A stretch of DNA of 64,000 nt from Nitratireductor sp. (GCA_039973095.1 JBDWLQ010000005.1:183849-247848), one strand, 5' to 3'. Positions 48,318-60,868 are shown, counted from the stretch's first letter. A program made the numbers and translations. The notes: generated by a model from the letters alone, not told the origin.

Positions 48318-49034
48318 TCATTCGGCGGCCGGCTTCTCGGCCTCTTCGCCGGTGCTGCCGGCGTCGGCTGCGGGAGCCGCGTCGCTTTCGGCGGCCGGTT
48401 CCGCGTTGGCTTCCGCAGCCGGCTTCTCGCCCGCGGCGGCATCGGCGGCGGTATCGTCCGCCTGGGCGGCCTGTTCCTCGCTCGGCACGTCCGGCAACGG
48501 CGCCGGATTGTCCGACAGCGTGTGCAGATAGGCGATCAGGTCGGCGCGCTGGTCCGGCTTCTTGATGCCGGCAAAGCCCATCGCGGTGCCTTTCACCAGG
48601 CCTTTCGGCGAAGCCAGGAAGTCGTCCAGATGCTGGTAATCCCACACGACCGTGCCGTCCTGGGCGAATTCCTGCATCGCGCCGGAATAGGAAAAGCCCT
48701 CATGCGTGCCGATCGGCCGGTTGACGATGTCCCACAGATTGGGACCGACCTTGTTGGCGCCGCCCTTGTCGGCCGTATGGCAGGCCGCGCATTTCTTGTA
48801 CACGGTCTCGCCCGCACCGGCATCGGCCGAGGCCAGGCGCACGGCGATCGGCTCGATTTCGGGAGCGGCCGGGCCGCCGCCGCCGCCTTCCTCTTCCGCC
48901 ACCTCGATCGCGTAGCCGGCATTCTCCGGCGCTGGGCTAGCAAAGATCGAATCCGACACAATGCCTATGGTGAACACCACAAAAGCCGCGCCGAGCAGCC
49001 CGCCGAGCAGTTTGTTGAGTTCGAATGAATCCAT
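48318..49034 (-). CDS. cycM: Membrane-anchored c-type cytochrome (CycM-like) with acidic Ala/Pro/Glu-rich C-terminal tail
   Basis: 238 aa counted from ATG 49034, with an N-terminal anchor [18 protein letters not shown], heme site CAACH and a distal Met region GTAMGFAGI. Confidence 0.85.
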   Translation of the reverse strand: MDSFELNKLLGGLLGAAFVVFTIGIVSDSIFASPAPENAGYAIEVAEEEGGGGGPAAPEIEPIAVRLASADAGAGETVYKKCAACHTADKGGANKVGPNLWDIVNRPIGTHEGFSYSGAMQEFAQDGTVVWDYQHLDDFLASPKGLVKGTAMGFAGIKKPDQRADLIAYLHTLSDNPAPLPDVPSEEQAAQADDTAADAAAGEKPAAEANAEPAAESDAAPAADAGSTGEEAEKPAAE

Positions 49035-49199
49035 GTGAACCGGGGCTCCTGAAATCCGTGACCGCCTGCCGCCGCATACGGTCCGCACCGGCTTGAACCG
49101 GCCAAGTTGCGCGGAACGGGTCTAGGTCTTTTGCTACGGCCTTGCAACACATATAAGGGCTATTCCATGTGAGACCTTTTGCCACTTTTCCCGCCCCAG

Positions 49200-49937
49200 A
49201 TGTCGATTGTCATTCTCATACCAGCCCGCATGGGCTCCACCCGCCTGCCGGGAAAGCCGCTCGCCGACATCGCCGGCAAGCCGATGATCGCCCATGTCGC
49301 GGCGCGGGCGGTTGAAAGCGGGCTCGGCCGCGTCGTCGTGGCCGCCGACAGCGACGAGATCTGCAGCAGCGTGCGCGCCCATGGCCACGAGGCGGTGCTG
49401 ACCGGCGGCCATCACCAATCGGGATCGGACCGCATCTTCGAAGCCCTGCAAACGCTTGATTCGACGGGCGAGGTCGAAACCGTGATCAATCTTCAGGGCG
49501 ACCTGCCCACGATCGATCCCGCCGATGTCGCGGCCGTGCTGGAGCCGTTGCGCCGGCCCGAGGTCGATATCGCCACGCTCGGCGTGGAAATCGTCGCAAA
49601 CGACGAAAAGACCAATCCCAACGTCGTTAAGATCGTCGGTTCGCCGACGGCGCCGGCGACGTTGCGGGCGCTTTATTTCACCCGCGCCACCGCCCCGTGG
49701 GGCGAGGGGCCACTCTACCATCATGTCGGCATCTATGCCTACCGGCGCGCCGCGCTGGAACGTTTCGTCGCACTCGCACCCTCGCCGCTGGAGCAGCGCG
49801 AGAAACTGGAACAGTTGCGCGCGCTCGAAGCCGGCATGCGCATCGATGCCCGCATTGTCGACGCCGTTCCGCTTGGCGTCGACACCCCCGCCGATCTCGA
49901 ACGCGCCCGCGCGACGCTCACCACCCGAGGAAACTGA
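49200..49937 (+). CDS. kdsB: 3-deoxy-manno-octulosonate cytidylyltransferase
   Basis: Starts [30 protein letters not shown], the canonical KdsB N-terminus. Confidence 0.93.
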   Translation: MSIVILIPARMGSTRLPGKPLADIAGKPMIAHVAARAVESGLGRVVVAADSDEICSSVRAHGHEAVLTGGHHQSGSDRIFEALQTLDSTGEVETVINLQGDLPTIDPADVAAVLEPLRRPEVDIATLGVEIVANDEKTNPNVVKIVGSPTAPATLRALYFTRATAPWGEGPLYHHVGIYAYRRAALERFVALAPSPLEQREKLEQLRALEAGMRIDARIVDAVPLGVDTPADLERARATLTTRGN

Positions 49938-49941
49938 CCGT

Positions 49942-50808
49942 ATGTCGTCCAAAACCAACAAGATCGCCTTTCAGGGCGAACCGGGCGCCAATTCAGACAC
50001 CGCCTGCCGCAATATGTTTCCCGAGATGGAGGCGCTGCCCTGCGCGACGTTCGAGGACGCCTTCAACGCGGTCGAGACCGGCAAGGCCGATCTGGCGATG
50101 ATCCCGATCGAAAACACGATCGCCGGCCGCGTGGCCGACATCCACTATCTGCTGCCGGAATCGCGGCTGCATATCGTTGGCGAGTATTTCTTGCCGATAC
50201 ATTTCCAGCTGATGACGCTGCCTTCGGCCGACATCGACGACATCAAGGCCGTCTACAGCCACATTCACGCGCTCGGCCAGTGCCGCAAGGTGATCCGCCG
50301 CCACCGCTGGAAGTCGGTGGTCGCCGGCGACACGGCCGGCGCGGCGCGGCTTGTTGCCGAGGAGGGCGACCCCACCCGGGCCGCGCTGGCCCCCCGGCTG
50401 GCCGCGGAACTCTACGGGCTCAAGATCGTCGCCGAGAACGTCGAGGACACCGACAGCAACGTGACGCGTTTCGTGGTGCTGTCGAAGACCAGGCGCTGGG
50501 CCGAGCGTACAAGCCCCGACACCACGATGATGACCACCTTCATCTTCCGCGTGCGCAACCTGCCGGCCTCGCTCTACAAGGCGATGGGCGGGTTCGCCAC
50601 CAACGGCGTCAACATGACCAAGCTGGAGAGCTACCAGCTCGGCGGCAAGTTCTTCTCGACACTGTTTTACGCCGATGTCGAGGGCCATCCCGACGACCGC
50701 AACGTGGCGCTGGCGCTCGAGGAACTGCAGTTCTTTTCGCGCGAGGTGCGCATTCTCGGCGTCTACGAGGCCCACGCCTTCCGCGCCACCCAGAGCGAGG
50801 ACGACTGA
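49942..50808 (+). CDS. pheA: Prephenate dehydratase
   Basis: 288 aa starting MSSKTNKIAFQGEPGANSD, with a PDT domain (TRFVVL) and a C-terminal ACT domain (ESYQLGGKFFSTLFYADVEGH). The ATG lies 4 nt after the kdsB stop. Confidence 0.9.
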   Translation: MSSKTNKIAFQGEPGANSDTACRNMFPEMEALPCATFEDAFNAVETGKADLAMIPIENTIAGRVADIHYLLPESRLHIVGEYFLPIHFQLMTLPSADIDDIKAVYSHIHALGQCRKVIRRHRWKSVVAGDTAGAARLVAEEGDPTRAALAPRLAAELYGLKIVAENVEDTDSNVTRFVVLSKTRRWAERTSPDTTMMTTFIFRVRNLPASLYKAMGGFATNGVNMTKLESYQLGGKFFSTLFYADVEGHPDDRNVALALEELQFFSREVRILGVYEAHAFRATQSEDD

Positions 50809-50863
50809 CCCCGCTCACGCGACGGCGGCCCGATTTGGGCTCCGGCGCGCCGCCGGGCGGTCG

Positions 50864-51808
50864 CTAACCCTCGGCGTCCGCCCAGGCTCTGATCAAGGTG
50901 TGGGCGATCGCCATTTTCGGCGGCACCAGAACGCCGCCGGGATGCAGCCCGTTGACGATCTGCCGGGTTTCGGCCCGGCTGAACCAGCGGCAGTCCTCCA
51001 GTTCCGTGGCGTCGGCGTCGATCGTCTCGGAGACGGCCTCGCCATAGCAGCCGATCATCAGCGAATGCGGGAACGGCCATGGCTGGCTGGCGTGGTAGAC
51101 GACCCGTCCTATCCGGATGCCGGCCTCCTCGAAGGTTTCGCGGCGCACGGCGTTTTCGATCGTCTCTCCGGGTTCCACGAACCCGGCCAGACAGGAATAC
51201 ATGCCCGGCATGAAATGCGGGCTGCGGCCCATCAGGCAGGCGTCGCGCGTCACCGCGAGCATGATGACGACCGGGTCCGTGCGCGGAAAGTGATCGGCTC
51301 CGCAGGACGGGCAGGTCCGCTTGCAGCCGCCGTCGCGCATCTGCGAGCCCGCGCCGCAGCGGCTGCAGAAACGATGGCTGTGGTGCCAGGCCAGCATTGC
51401 CGCGCCCTGCGCCAGCGCGCCGAGCGCGGCCGGGTCGAGCAGCCCCTGCATATAGATCGAGCGGTAGTCGATCGCCTTGACGGCATCGGGCAGATCGTCG
51501 GCCTCGCGCCCGGCCGGCGCCGCCACAACCGGTCCGGCCGCATCCCATCCCAGCAACACCGCGTCGGCCAGCCTGGCGTCGAGCGCCCGCGCCTCGTCCG
51601 CGCCGTACCAGGCCGAAAACCCGTCGCCGGCCTTTTTCAGCTGCATGCGCCCGCCGCCCATCACCATCACGCGGCAGGCGGGATCGGCAAGTGCGGTCTC
51701 GACATCGTCGTCCCTGCGGTTTTCCGACTGCCGGTCGATCGCGTTGCCGGCGAAGCCGACAAACTGGCTCGCCTCGCGTTCGGGCGCGTCGAACAGATGA
51801 AATCGCAT
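50864..51808 (-). CDS. nudC: NAD+ diphosphatase (NUDIX, NudC-like)
   Basis: Zinc ribbon CSRCG...CPSCG followed by Nudix box GFVEPGETIENAVRRETFEEAGI. Confidence 0.85.
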   Translation of the reverse strand: MRFHLFDAPEREASQFVGFAGNAIDRQSENRRDDDVETALADPACRVMVMGGGRMQLKKAGDGFSAWYGADEARALDARLADAVLLGWDAAGPVVAAPAGREADDLPDAVKAIDYRSIYMQGLLDPAALGALAQGAAMLAWHHSHRFCSRCGAGSQMRDGGCKRTCPSCGADHFPRTDPVVIMLAVTRDACLMGRSPHFMPGMYSCLAGFVEPGETIENAVRRETFEEAGIRIGRVVYHASQPWPFPHSLMIGCYGEAVSETIDADATELEDCRWFSRAETRQIVNGLHPGGVLVPPKMAIAHTLIRAWADAEG

Positions 51809-51823
51809 GGGGTCAGCTCTCGT

Positions 51824-52261
51824 TTACGGAGTGTCGGGCCGTGACAACCCTTGTCGGATCGACTCCACGAACCGGTGCAGGTCCTCGCGGCGATAGGGTT
51901 CGCGCAAACCGTGCCCCCAGACCGGGCCGGGCCAGTTCGGGTCGCCTTCCGCGCGTGCGACGATATGGACATGGAGCTGGCGCACCATATTGCCGAGCGC
52001 GGCGACGTTGATCTTGGTGCACCCGGTCTGCTCCTTCAGCGCCTGGCCGACCAAATTGACCTCGAAGGTAATCATGGTCTGGTCGAGCGGCGTCAGCTCG
52101 AACAGTTCCTCAACGCCGGTGCGGTGCGGCACCAGGATGAGCCAGGGCCAGCGGCGATCGTTCATGACGCGCAGCTCGCACAGGCCGAGCCAGATCAGCG
52201 GCTCGCTTTCCGCATTCAACCGCCGGTCAAGGATGAAACCGCGTTCTTGCCCCCGCATCAT
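51824..52261 (-). CDS. HIT family nucleotide hydrolase/transferase
   Basis: 145 aa with the histidine triad QLHVHIVAR. Confidence 0.85.
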   Translation of the reverse strand: MMRGQERGFILDRRLNAESEPLIWLGLCELRVMNDRRWPWLILVPHRTGVEELFELTPLDQTMITFEVNLVGQALKEQTGCTKINVAALGNMVRQLHVHIVARAEGDPNWPGPVWGHGLREPYRREDLHRFVESIRQGLSRPDTP

Positions 52262-52542
52262 GGGCGTTCCCCGATATGCTTCGATGAAGGCTAGAACCGT
52301 TCACCGTCAAATGGAAGCGGTTTGATGGGGTGGTCTTTTCGGGTCGGCGGGTGGAAGACGCGGCCACGGGAGGGGGATCGGGCGCGGATCTGGGCGGCAA
52401 GGCGGGTCTATCGGTCACGCGCCTTTCCGCAGGGGGCGGCGCCGGCGCGCCGTAGCGGCCGCCACACGCCATGCCGCGTCTCCGGGCGTCGTCGTCGCGT
52501 CGCGGCCTCTTGCATTTGGCGCCGCAATTGACGATATGGAGC

Positions 52543-52643
52543 GTGGGAGGTTGGTGGTGGACGAGCCACTCGCCAACCGGGTCAGGTCCGGAAGGAAGCA
52601 GCCCTAACGAGCCACGGCACGGGTCATCGTGCCAGCCTCCCAC
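52543..52643 (+). ncRNA. ffs: Signal recognition particle RNA (4.5S, small bacterial SRP RNA)
   Basis: Contains the conserved domain IV sequence ggtcaggtccggaaggaagcagcc. The 5' gtgggaggttggt pairs with the 3' gccagcctcccac (13 bp). A possible promoter is ttgcat-N17-gatatg at 52510-52538. It sits immediately upstream of dnaX, as in many bacteria. The ends are approximate. Confidence 0.88.
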
Positions 52644-52778
52644 CTCACCGTTGCGCTCCAGGGCCAATCGACATTTCGAGTTCGGGCGCGGCGCGGCATT
52701 GACGCCGCCCGGCCGCCGCGCGAGATTTGAACGGACCGGGCGTCCAGTCCGGGCAGTCAGACGGAGCGACATCGATCC

Positions 52779-54572
52779 ATGAGCGAAGCCGGCGCAGGCG
52801 ACAGCAGGGAGCGTGCCTATCGCGTGCTCGCCCGTAAGTACCGGCCGAGCGATTTCCAGGATCTGATCGGCCAGGAGCCGATGGTACGCACGCTGACCAA
52901 CGCGTTCGCCAGCGGGCGTATCGCCCAGGCCTGGATGCTGACGGGTGTGCGCGGGGTCGGCAAGACCACGACGGCGCGCATTCTGGCCCGTGCCCTCAAT
53001 TACAAGACCGAGGCTGTCGACCTGCCTTCGATCGACCTCGCCCAACCGGGCGAGCACTGCCAGGCGATCATGGAAGGCCGGCATGTCGATGTCATTGAGA
53101 TGGACGCCGCCTCGCATACCGGCATCGACGACATTCGTGAACTCATCGAGCAGGTCCGCTATGCGCCGGTGTCGGCCCGCTACAAGGTCTACATCATCGA
53201 CGAGGTCCACATGCTGTCGACGCAGGCCTTCAACGGCCTGCTCAAGACGCTCGAGGAACCGCCGCCGCATGTGAAGTTCATCTTCGCCACCACCGAGATC
53301 CGCAAGGTGCCGATCACGGTCCTGTCGCGCTGCCAGCGTTTCGACCTGCGCCGTATCGACGCCGGTCTCATGGTGGAGCATCTGCGCAAGATCGCCGCCA
53401 GGGAGGAGATCACCGTCGAGGACGAGGCGCTGGCGATGATCGCCCGCGCCGCCGAGGGCTCGGTGCGCGACGCGCTCTCGATCTTCGACCAGGCGATCGC
53501 CCACAGCGCCGGCGCGGTGACGGCGGCAACCGTGCGCGACATGCTGGGGCTGGCCGACCGCGCCCGCGTCATCGACTTGTTCGAACGGCTCATGCAGGGC
53601 GACATCGCCGCCGCGCTGGCCGAGTTCCGCGCCCAGTACGACGCCGGCGCCGACCCGGCCGCCGTGTTGACCGACCTTGCCGAGTTCACGCATCTCGTGA
53701 CCCGGCTGCGTTTCGTGCCCGAGGCGTCCGCCGACGCCGCCCTGACCGAGGACGAGCGCGTGCGCGGACCCAGGCTGGCCTCCGATCTGTCGATCCGGGT
53801 TCTGTCCAGGGCCTGGCAGATGCTGTTGAAGGGCATTCCCGAGGTCCAGGCCTCCAGCCGCCCGGTCAGTGCTGGCGAAATGGTGCTGATCCGCATGGCG
53901 CATGCCGCCGACCTGCCGACGCTCGACGAGGTGCTGAAGCGCGCCGACGACGGCGCCGGGCCCGCACCGTCCGGCGGACCCGCTCGTAGCACCTCCGCGC
54001 CGGGCCCGGGCGCCGGCGCGCGCGCGGTGTCGGCGCCGGTTGCCGTTGCCTCGTCAAATGGCGGCGCGACCATGCGGCTGGCGGCAGCGACGCCGGAACC
54101 GGCAATTCAGCCGCAACAGCCCGCGCCGTCCGAGGCCGCGCAGGCCGAGCCGGGCATCGCCTCGCTCGCCGATATCGCCGCGCTCGCCGACCGCAATCGC
54201 GACCTGGCCTTCAAGGTGCTGGTGAAACGCTGCGTGCGGCCCGTCAGGATCGAGCCGGGCCGGCTCGAGGTCAGCCTGACCGACGACGCGCCGAAGACGC
54301 TGCTGGGCGACATCACCTCCCGCCTGCAGCAATGGACCGGCCGGCGCTGGATCGTGTCCTTGTCGCGCGAACGCGGCGACGACACGATGGCCGAGAAGGA
54401 AGCCAACCTGCGCGAGAGTGCGATTCTCGACGCGCGCGCCGATCCCGAGGTCGCGGCGATCCTGGCCCGCTTTCCCGGCGCCCGCATCATCGACGTGCGC
54501 ATCCCCGACGCGGTCGCCGACGACGACCCCATGGTCGAGCCGGCGCCGGACGCCGACGAAGACGACAGCTGA
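52779..54572 (+). CDS. dnaX: DNA polymerase III subunits gamma/tau
   Basis: 597 aa with [20 protein letters not shown], Walker [14 protein letters not shown] and a DEVHML box. Confidence 0.96.
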   Translation: MSEAGAGDSRERAYRVLARKYRPSDFQDLIGQEPMVRTLTNAFASGRIAQAWMLTGVRGVGKTTTARILARALNYKTEAVDLPSIDLAQPGEHCQAIMEGRHVDVIEMDAASHTGIDDIRELIEQVRYAPVSARYKVYIIDEVHMLSTQAFNGLLKTLEEPPPHVKFIFATTEIRKVPITVLSRCQRFDLRRIDAGLMVEHLRKIAAREEITVEDEALAMIARAAEGSVRDALSIFDQAIAHSAGAVTAATVRDMLGLADRARVIDLFERLMQGDIAAALAEFRAQYDAGADPAAVLTDLAEFTHLVTRLRFVPEASADAALTEDERVRGPRLASDLSIRVLSRAWQMLLKGIPEVQASSRPVSAGEMVLIRMAHAADLPTLDEVLKRADDGAGPAPSGGPARSTSAPGPGAGARAVSAPVAVASSNGGATMRLAAATPEPAIQPQQPAPSEAAQAEPGIASLADIAALADRNRDLAFKVLVKRCVRPVRIEPGRLEVSLTDDAPKTLLGDITSRLQQWTGRRWIVSLSRERGDDTMAEKEANLRESAILDARADPEVAAILARFPGARIIDVRIPDAVADDDPMVEPAPDADEDDS

Positions 54573-54588
54573 ACACGAGGACAGTGCA

Positions 54589-54912
54589 ATGAAGGATCTG
54601 ATGGGCCTGATGGGCAAGGCCAAGGAAATGCAGGCCAAGTTCGAGGCCATGCAGCAGGAGATCGCCGAGCTCGAGGCGTCGGGCCAGTCCGGCGGCGGGC
54701 TCGTCAACGTCACGCTTTCGGGCAAGGGCGAGATGAAGCAGCTCAGGATCGACCCGTCCCTGTTCAAGGAGGACGATGTCGAGATTTTGGAAGATCTGAT
54801 CGTGGCTGCGCACAACGACGCCAAGGCCAAGGCCGAGGCGCTGATGCAGGAAAAGACCAAGGAACTGACCGCCGGCCTGCCGATTCCCCCCGGCTTCAAG
54901 CTGCCGTTTTAG
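54589..54912 (+). CDS. ybaB: Nucleoid-associated protein YbaB/EbfC
   Basis: 107 aa starting [24 protein letters not shown]; follows dnaX. Confidence 0.93.
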   Translation: MKDLMGLMGKAKEMQAKFEAMQQEIAELEASGQSGGGLVNVTLSGKGEMKQLRIDPSLFKEDDVEILEDLIVAAHNDAKAKAEALMQEKTKELTAGLPIPPGFKLPF

Positions 54913-55001
54913 GTCGGGCGCGCGGCCGGGCGCGGGGTGACGTCGTTGTCCTCGCCCGGCCCGCTCTGGTATCTTCCCGCGCAGGCTCCCATATCCGTGC
55001 C

Positions 55002-56002
<1,001 letters not shown>

Positions 56003-56003
<1 letters not shown>

Positions 56004-56881
56004 TGGAGGCGCGGCACGACCTCACGGATCGGACGGTACCGGCGAATGATCCGGGCGCGGCCGGGCTCGATCTCGACGCCTATTTCCGCCGCATCTCCTA
56101 TCATGGCGAGCGCGCGGCGACGCTGGAGGTGCTGCGGCAGCTTCATCGTCTGCATCCGCAGGCGATTGCCTTTGAAAATCTCGATCCGTTGCTCGGTCGG
56201 CCGGTGAAGCTGGACCTGGCTTCTGTGCAGGACAAGCTCGTCCGCTCGAGGCGCGGCGGCTATTGTTTCGAGCACAATCTTCTGTTCTGGCAGGTGCTTT
56301 CCGCGCTCGGCTTCCAGGTGACGGGGCTCGCCGCCCGGGTGATGTGGGGCCAGCCGGACGAAACCGCGATTCCGCGCGCGCATATGCTTTTGTGCATCGC
56401 GCTCGACGGCGAGACCTGGCTCGCCGATGTCGGTTTCGGCCGCATGACCCTGACCGCGCCGCTGCGCCTTGTTGCGGGTGTGGTCCAGTCGACCCCGCAC
56501 GAAGACTACCGCATCGTCGATGGCGGCGATCATTTCCGCCTGCAGGCCGCGGTCGACGGCGACTGGCGTCCCGTCTACCATTTCGACCTGCAGCCGCAGC
56601 AGCCGATCGACTACCGGGTCTCCAGCTATTACATGGCGACCCATCCCCAATCGCATTTCACCTGGACCATCATGGCGGCGCGGCCGACCCCCGAAGGGCG
56701 TTTCACGCTGTCGAACGATCGCCTGACCTTTCGCGGACTGGACGGAACCAACCGTCAGCGCCGGCTGGAATCGACCGACGATTTCGTCGAAACGTTCCGC
56801 ACCGATTTCGGCGTCGACATCCCCGATCAAGCAGGCTTCGCGGCGCGGATCAGGGCAACCGGCATTTTGAAAGACGCTTAG
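56003..56881 (+). CDS. Arylamine N-acetyltransferase (NAT family)
   Basis: 292 aa. The ATG overlaps the LLM stop by 1 nt (TGATG). The active-site Cys context is RRGGYCFEHNLLF, and the N-terminal region is YFRRISY...LHRLHPQAIAFENLD. Confidence 0.85.
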
Positions 56882-56984
56882 GGCGTTTCCAGGCGAAGCG
56901 GACGCCGGTTCGCCGTTCGCAGACGCATCAATACGATACGGTAGAACCGGTCTGCGAGACCGTGAAACGCGAAACGGCTCCGGC

Positions 56985-58214
56985 TCAGCGCAGCGCCCGC
57001 ACCAGCCCGGCATCGGGAAAGCAGGCCGGCGCGCGGCCGTTTTTCGTCTGCCAGGCCCCGATCGAGCGGCGCGTCTTGAAACCGGCCAGCCCGTCGGCGC
57101 CGCCGACATCGTGGCCGAGCCGTTCCAGCCCGCGCTGCATGGCGGCGATGTCGGCGCGGTTCAGCCGGTCGATCGCCGTCCAGCCGCCGGCAAAGCGGCG
57201 CTCGCCATAGGCGATCCGGTCGGCGGCATGGCCGACGAACAGCGCGTAGACGTCGCTCTCGTTGTACTGTTTCAACACGTAGAAATTGGGCGTGACGACG
57301 AAGGCCGGCCCGAAGCGGCCGGCCGGCATCATCAGATAGCCCTCGCCGGCAAGTTCGTGCGCTGGAAACGGCTTGCCGCCGACGCGTTTGACGCCCATCG
57401 CCGCCCAGTCGGCGATCCGCCGGCCGCGGTCCGGTCCTTCGAGCGCGCAGGACACGCCCTGCGGCACCGTCACCTCGAACCCCCAGTCCCGCCCGCGCAC
57501 CCAGCCATGCGCGTCGAGATAGCCCGCGATCGAGGCCAGCGTGTCGGGCTCGGAGTTCCAGATGTCGGCGCGCCCGTCGCCGTCGCCGTCGGCGGCGAAT
57601 TTCAGATAGGAGCTCGGCAGGAATTGCGGCTGGCCGAGCGCACCGGCCCAGGACGATTTCATGCTGCGCGGGCTGATTTTGTTGCGGTCGGCCAGAACGA
57701 GCGCGGCCAGCACCTCGGTGCGGAACATCTCCTTGCGCGTCGACAGGAAGGCCTTGGTGGCCAGCACCTGGAACGCGTCGTGCGGGATTTTCGCCCGGCC
57801 GAAGCCGGATTCGCGGCCCCAGATCGCCAAAATGATCCCCGCCGGCACGCCGTGGCGCTTCTCGATCGCCGCGAGTGTGCCGCGATGCTGCTTGAGCCGT
57901 GCCCGCCCGCCGGCGGTGACGCCGCGCACGGTGTTTTCGTTGAAATAGGCGGCCGGCGAGCGGAACTCGGCCTGATGCTGGACCGTCGCCGCCTTCTTGC
58001 CGGGCAGGACGAGGTCGGGCAGGTCGAGATTGGGCGAGATGCCGGTAAAGGCGGCGTCGAAGGTGGCGCGCGACACGCCGTTGGCCTTCGCTGCCGGCCA
58101 CAGATCGGCGTCGAGCCAGGCGCGGAACTGTTTTTCGATCGAGGCCGCGGCTGCCGGCGCTGTCGCCAAAAGCAGCGCGGCGGCGAGGACGGCAAGGCGG
58201 CGCAGGCGTGTCAT
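56985..58214 (-). CDS. Lytic murein transglycosylase (MltB/Slt35-like) with C-terminal peptidoglycan-binding domain
   Basis: ATG 58214 has a gaggaa SD, and a signal peptide is present. The catalytic region is ILAIWGRESGFG and the PG_binding_1-like tail is IAAMQRGLERLGHDVGGADG. Confidence 0.85.
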   Translation of the reverse strand: MTRLRRLAVLAAALLLATAPAAAASIEKQFRAWLDADLWPAAKANGVSRATFDAAFTGISPNLDLPDLVLPGKKAATVQHQAEFRSPAAYFNENTVRGVTAGGRARLKQHRGTLAAIEKRHGVPAGIILAIWGRESGFGRAKIPHDAFQVLATKAFLSTRKEMFRTEVLAALVLADRNKISPRSMKSSWAGALGQPQFLPSSYLKFAADGDGDGRADIWNSEPDTLASIAGYLDAHGWVRGRDWGFEVTVPQGVSCALEGPDRGRRIADWAAMGVKRVGGKPFPAHELAGEGYLMMPAGRFGPAFVVTPNFYVLKQYNESDVYALFVGHAADRIAYGERRFAGGWTAIDRLNRADIAAMQRGLERLGHDVGGADGLAGFKTRRSIGAWQTKNGRAPACFPDAGLVRALR

Positions 58215-58239
58215 ATCCGTTTCCTCGGCGAACAATGCG

Positions 58240-58845
58240 TCAAAACGTGGTCCGCGACTTCAGCGCCGCCGCAAGCGTTCCCTCGTCGAGATAGTCGAGT
58301 TCTCCGCCGACCGGCACGCCGTGGGCAAGCCGCGTCACCTTGACCCCGAGCCCGTCGAGCTGGTCGGTAATGTAGTGCGCGGTCGTCTGGCCTTCCACCG
58401 TCGCGTTGACGGCCAGGATCAGCTCGCCGATCCCGCCGGCAGCCACGCGGTCGACCAGCGTTTTGATGTTGAGCTCTTCCGGGCCGACGCCGTCGAGCGG
58501 CGACAGCGTGCCGCCAAGCACGTGGTAGCGCGCATTGATCGCCCCGGCGCGTTCCAGCGCCCACAGGTCGGCGACATCCTCCACCACGATCAGCGTTGCG
58601 GGATCGCGGCGCGCGTCGGTGCACACCGTGCACGGGTCGCAGGTGTCGACATTGCCGCAGGTCGAGCAGATGCGCACCGTGTCGAGCGCCTCGGCCATGG
58701 CCGCCGCCAGCGGTCCCAGAAGCTGCTCCTTTTTCTTGATCAGGTGCAGGGCGGCGCGCCGCGCCGAGCGCGGGCCGAGGCCGGGCACCTTGGCAAGCAG
58801 CTGGATCAGGCGTTCGATCTCGGGACCGGCGATTCGCTTCGACAT
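58240..58845 (-). CDS. recR: Recombination protein RecR
   Basis: 201 aa with the HhH region [14 protein letters not shown], zinc finger [16 protein letters not shown] and a Toprim domain. Confidence 0.95.
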   Translation of the reverse strand: MSKRIAGPEIERLIQLLAKVPGLGPRSARRAALHLIKKKEQLLGPLAAAMAEALDTVRICSTCGNVDTCDPCTVCTDARRDPATLIVVEDVADLWALERAGAINARYHVLGGTLSPLDGVGPEELNIKTLVDRVAAGGIGELILAVNATVEGQTTAHYITDQLDGLGVKVTRLAHGVPVGGELDYLDEGTLAAALKSRTTF

Positions 58846-58902
58846 GGCGAATGTCTACGTCCAATCCGGCCGCGATTGAAGCGCGCGATGCAGCAAAAGC
58901 GC

Positions 58903-60156
58903 TCAGTCGTCGCCGTCGACCACGCGCAGCCGCAGCGAGCCGGTCTTGGATTCGGCCATTTTGGGCGGGCTTCCGCCGTCGGCTTCCGCCGCCCCGCCGT
59001 CGGCCGCGCCCAGTTCCAGGGCCTCGATCTTCTCGCCGCGCTTGGTCACCTTTTCCGTCGAGGTCAGGATCATGTCGATGTCGCGATTGGCCTGCGAGAA
59101 ATGCGTCTGGAGCTTGCGCACCCGTTCGTCGAGCCGCCCCACATCCAGCATCAGCCGCGCCACCTCGCCCTGGATCAGATGCGCCTGCTCGCGCATGCGC
59201 GCATCCTTCAGCACCGCCTGGATGACCTGGATCGACAGCATCAGCAGCGATGGCGACACGATCACGATGCGGGCGCGATGGGCGCGCTGCACCAGCGCCT
59301 CGAAATTCTCGTGGATCTCGGCGAAGATCGATTCCGACGGCACGAACATGAAGGCCGTCTCCTGGGTCTCGCCCTGGATCAGGTAGCGTTCGGAAATCGC
59401 CTTGATATGCACGTCGATGTCGCGGCGAAAGGCCTGCGTGGCCTGCTTTTCGGCCTCCGGGCTTTCGTTTTCGCCGGCCGCCCGGATCGCATTCCACGAT
59501 TCCAGCGGGAACTTGGCGTCGATCACCAGCGACGGCGCGCCGTTCGGCATTCTCACCAGGCAGTCCGGCCGGTTGCCGTTCGACAGCGTCGCCTGGAACT
59601 CATAGGCGCCCGACGGCAGCCCGTCGGCCACGATCGCCTCCATGCGCGACTGGCCGAAGGCGCCGCGCGTCTGCTTGTTGGCAAGAATCTGCTGCAATTG
59701 CACGACCTGCCCGGCCAGCGACTGGATATTGCCCTGGGCGGTGTCGATCACGGCCAGCCGCTCCTGCAGCTTGGCCAGGCTCTCATGCGTGGCGCGGGCC
59801 TGCTGGCTCATCGACTGGCCGAGCCGGCCGGTCATGGCGTCGAGCCGTTCGGAGATCGCCTTGTTGAGTTCGCCCTGCCGCGATCCGAACACGTCGGCAA
59901 TGGTCGCCATGCGGCCCTGCATCTCCGATTGCGCGCGTGTGATCTCGGCCATGCGCGCCTCCGCCTCGCGGGCATGGGCGGCCGCTTCCGCCGCCGCCGT
60001 CGCCCGGGTGCGCGCCGCGCGCATCAGCGTCGCGACAAGCAGAACGACCAGGATTAGGACCAGCCCCGCGCCCGCCAGGAGCGCGTGCGCCAGGGTTATT
60101 GGCGTGTCCCCGAGCATGAACAGGGGCTGGGAAAGGAGCGGTTCGATCGGATCCAT
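58903..60156 (-). CDS. rmuC: DNA recombination protein RmuC
   Basis: 417 aa with an N-terminal TM segment, a long coiled-coil and a C-terminal RmuC nuclease-like domain (VIDAKFPLE...FMFVPSE). Confidence 0.85.
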   Translation of the reverse strand: MDPIEPLLSQPLFMLGDTPITLAHALLAGAGLVLILVVLLVATLMRAARTRATAAAEAAAHAREAEARMAEITRAQSEMQGRMATIADVFGSRQGELNKAISERLDAMTGRLGQSMSQQARATHESLAKLQERLAVIDTAQGNIQSLAGQVVQLQQILANKQTRGAFGQSRMEAIVADGLPSGAYEFQATLSNGNRPDCLVRMPNGAPSLVIDAKFPLESWNAIRAAGENESPEAEKQATQAFRRDIDVHIKAISERYLIQGETQETAFMFVPSESIFAEIHENFEALVQRAHRARIVIVSPSLLMLSIQVIQAVLKDARMREQAHLIQGEVARLMLDVGRLDERVRKLQTHFSQANRDIDMILTSTEKVTKRGEKIEALELGAADGGAAEADGGSPPKMAESKTGSLRLRVVDGDD

Positions 60157-60257
60157 CGGACCACCCTAGCCGATTCGGGCGCATCACATAAGATCAAAAC
60201 AGGAACATTGTCCAAGATGGAGTTGACGCTCCCATGGCCACCGATTACCTGAAGGCC

Positions 60258-60788
60258 ATGTCGATCAAGCCACTCGTTTTCCTGCCCGACCCCGTCCTGC
60301 GCCAGGTGTCCAAGCCCCTCGAGCGGGTGGACGAGACCGTGCGGGCGCTCGCCGACGACATGCTGGAAACCATGTACGAGGCCCCGGGCATCGGCCTGGC
60401 CGCGATCCAGGTCGGCGAACCGCTGCGTATGCTTGTCATCGATCTGTCCAAGGAGGACGAGCCGCGCGCGCCGCAGATCTTCGTCAATCCCGAGATCGTC
60501 GCCTCGGTCGACGAGCGCTCGGTCTACGAGGAAGGCTGTCTGTCGATCCCCGACTATTACGCCGAGGTCGAGCGACCGGCCGCGGTGACCGTCGACTATG
60601 TCGACATTGACGGCAAAAAGCGTCAGGTCGAGGCCGACGGTCTGCTTGCGACCTGCCTGCAGCACGAGATCGACCACCTCAACGGCGTGCTGTTCATCGA
60701 CCATTTGTCCAGGCTCAAGCGCGACATGGTGGTCAAGAAATTCAGAAAGATCGCCCGGGACAAGCCGCCGTCGCGGATGGCGGGCTAG
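60258..60788 (+). CDS. def: Peptide deformylase
   Basis: Motifs [17 protein letters not shown] and [10 protein letters not shown] prefer ATG 60258 by N-terminal similarity ([16 protein letters not shown]); ATG 60234 is also possible. Confidence 0.93.
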   Translation: MSIKPLVFLPDPVLRQVSKPLERVDETVRALADDMLETMYEAPGIGLAAIQVGEPLRMLVIDLSKEDEPRAPQIFVNPEIVASVDERSVYEEGCLSIPDYYAEVERPAAVTVDYVDIDGKKRQVEADGLLATCLQHEIDHLNGVLFIDHLSRLKRDMVVKKFRKIARDKPPSRMAG

Positions 60789-60868
60789 GACAGCTTGACC
60801 TTTGGGCTCTAAACCCGTTTGAAGCGGGGTGGTGGGCGCGTCCCCTTGTCCTTATCGGATCGTTTAGA

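Noticed and set aside
52322-52531. 69-aa Arg-rich ORF between the HIT gene and ffs. Similar small ORFs lie at 17772..18005 and 18137..18442.
   Set aside because: They have no SD and highly biased Arg/Gly composition, and they lie in promoter or leader DNA. They are better explained as non-coding.
52779-54572. Programmed -1 frameshift site in dnaX (an A-rich slippery heptamer as in E. coli) producing the gamma subunit.
   Set aside because: I saw no run of six or more A, and no A AAA AAG-like heptamer, on reading the gene. This was not checked exhaustively by computation.
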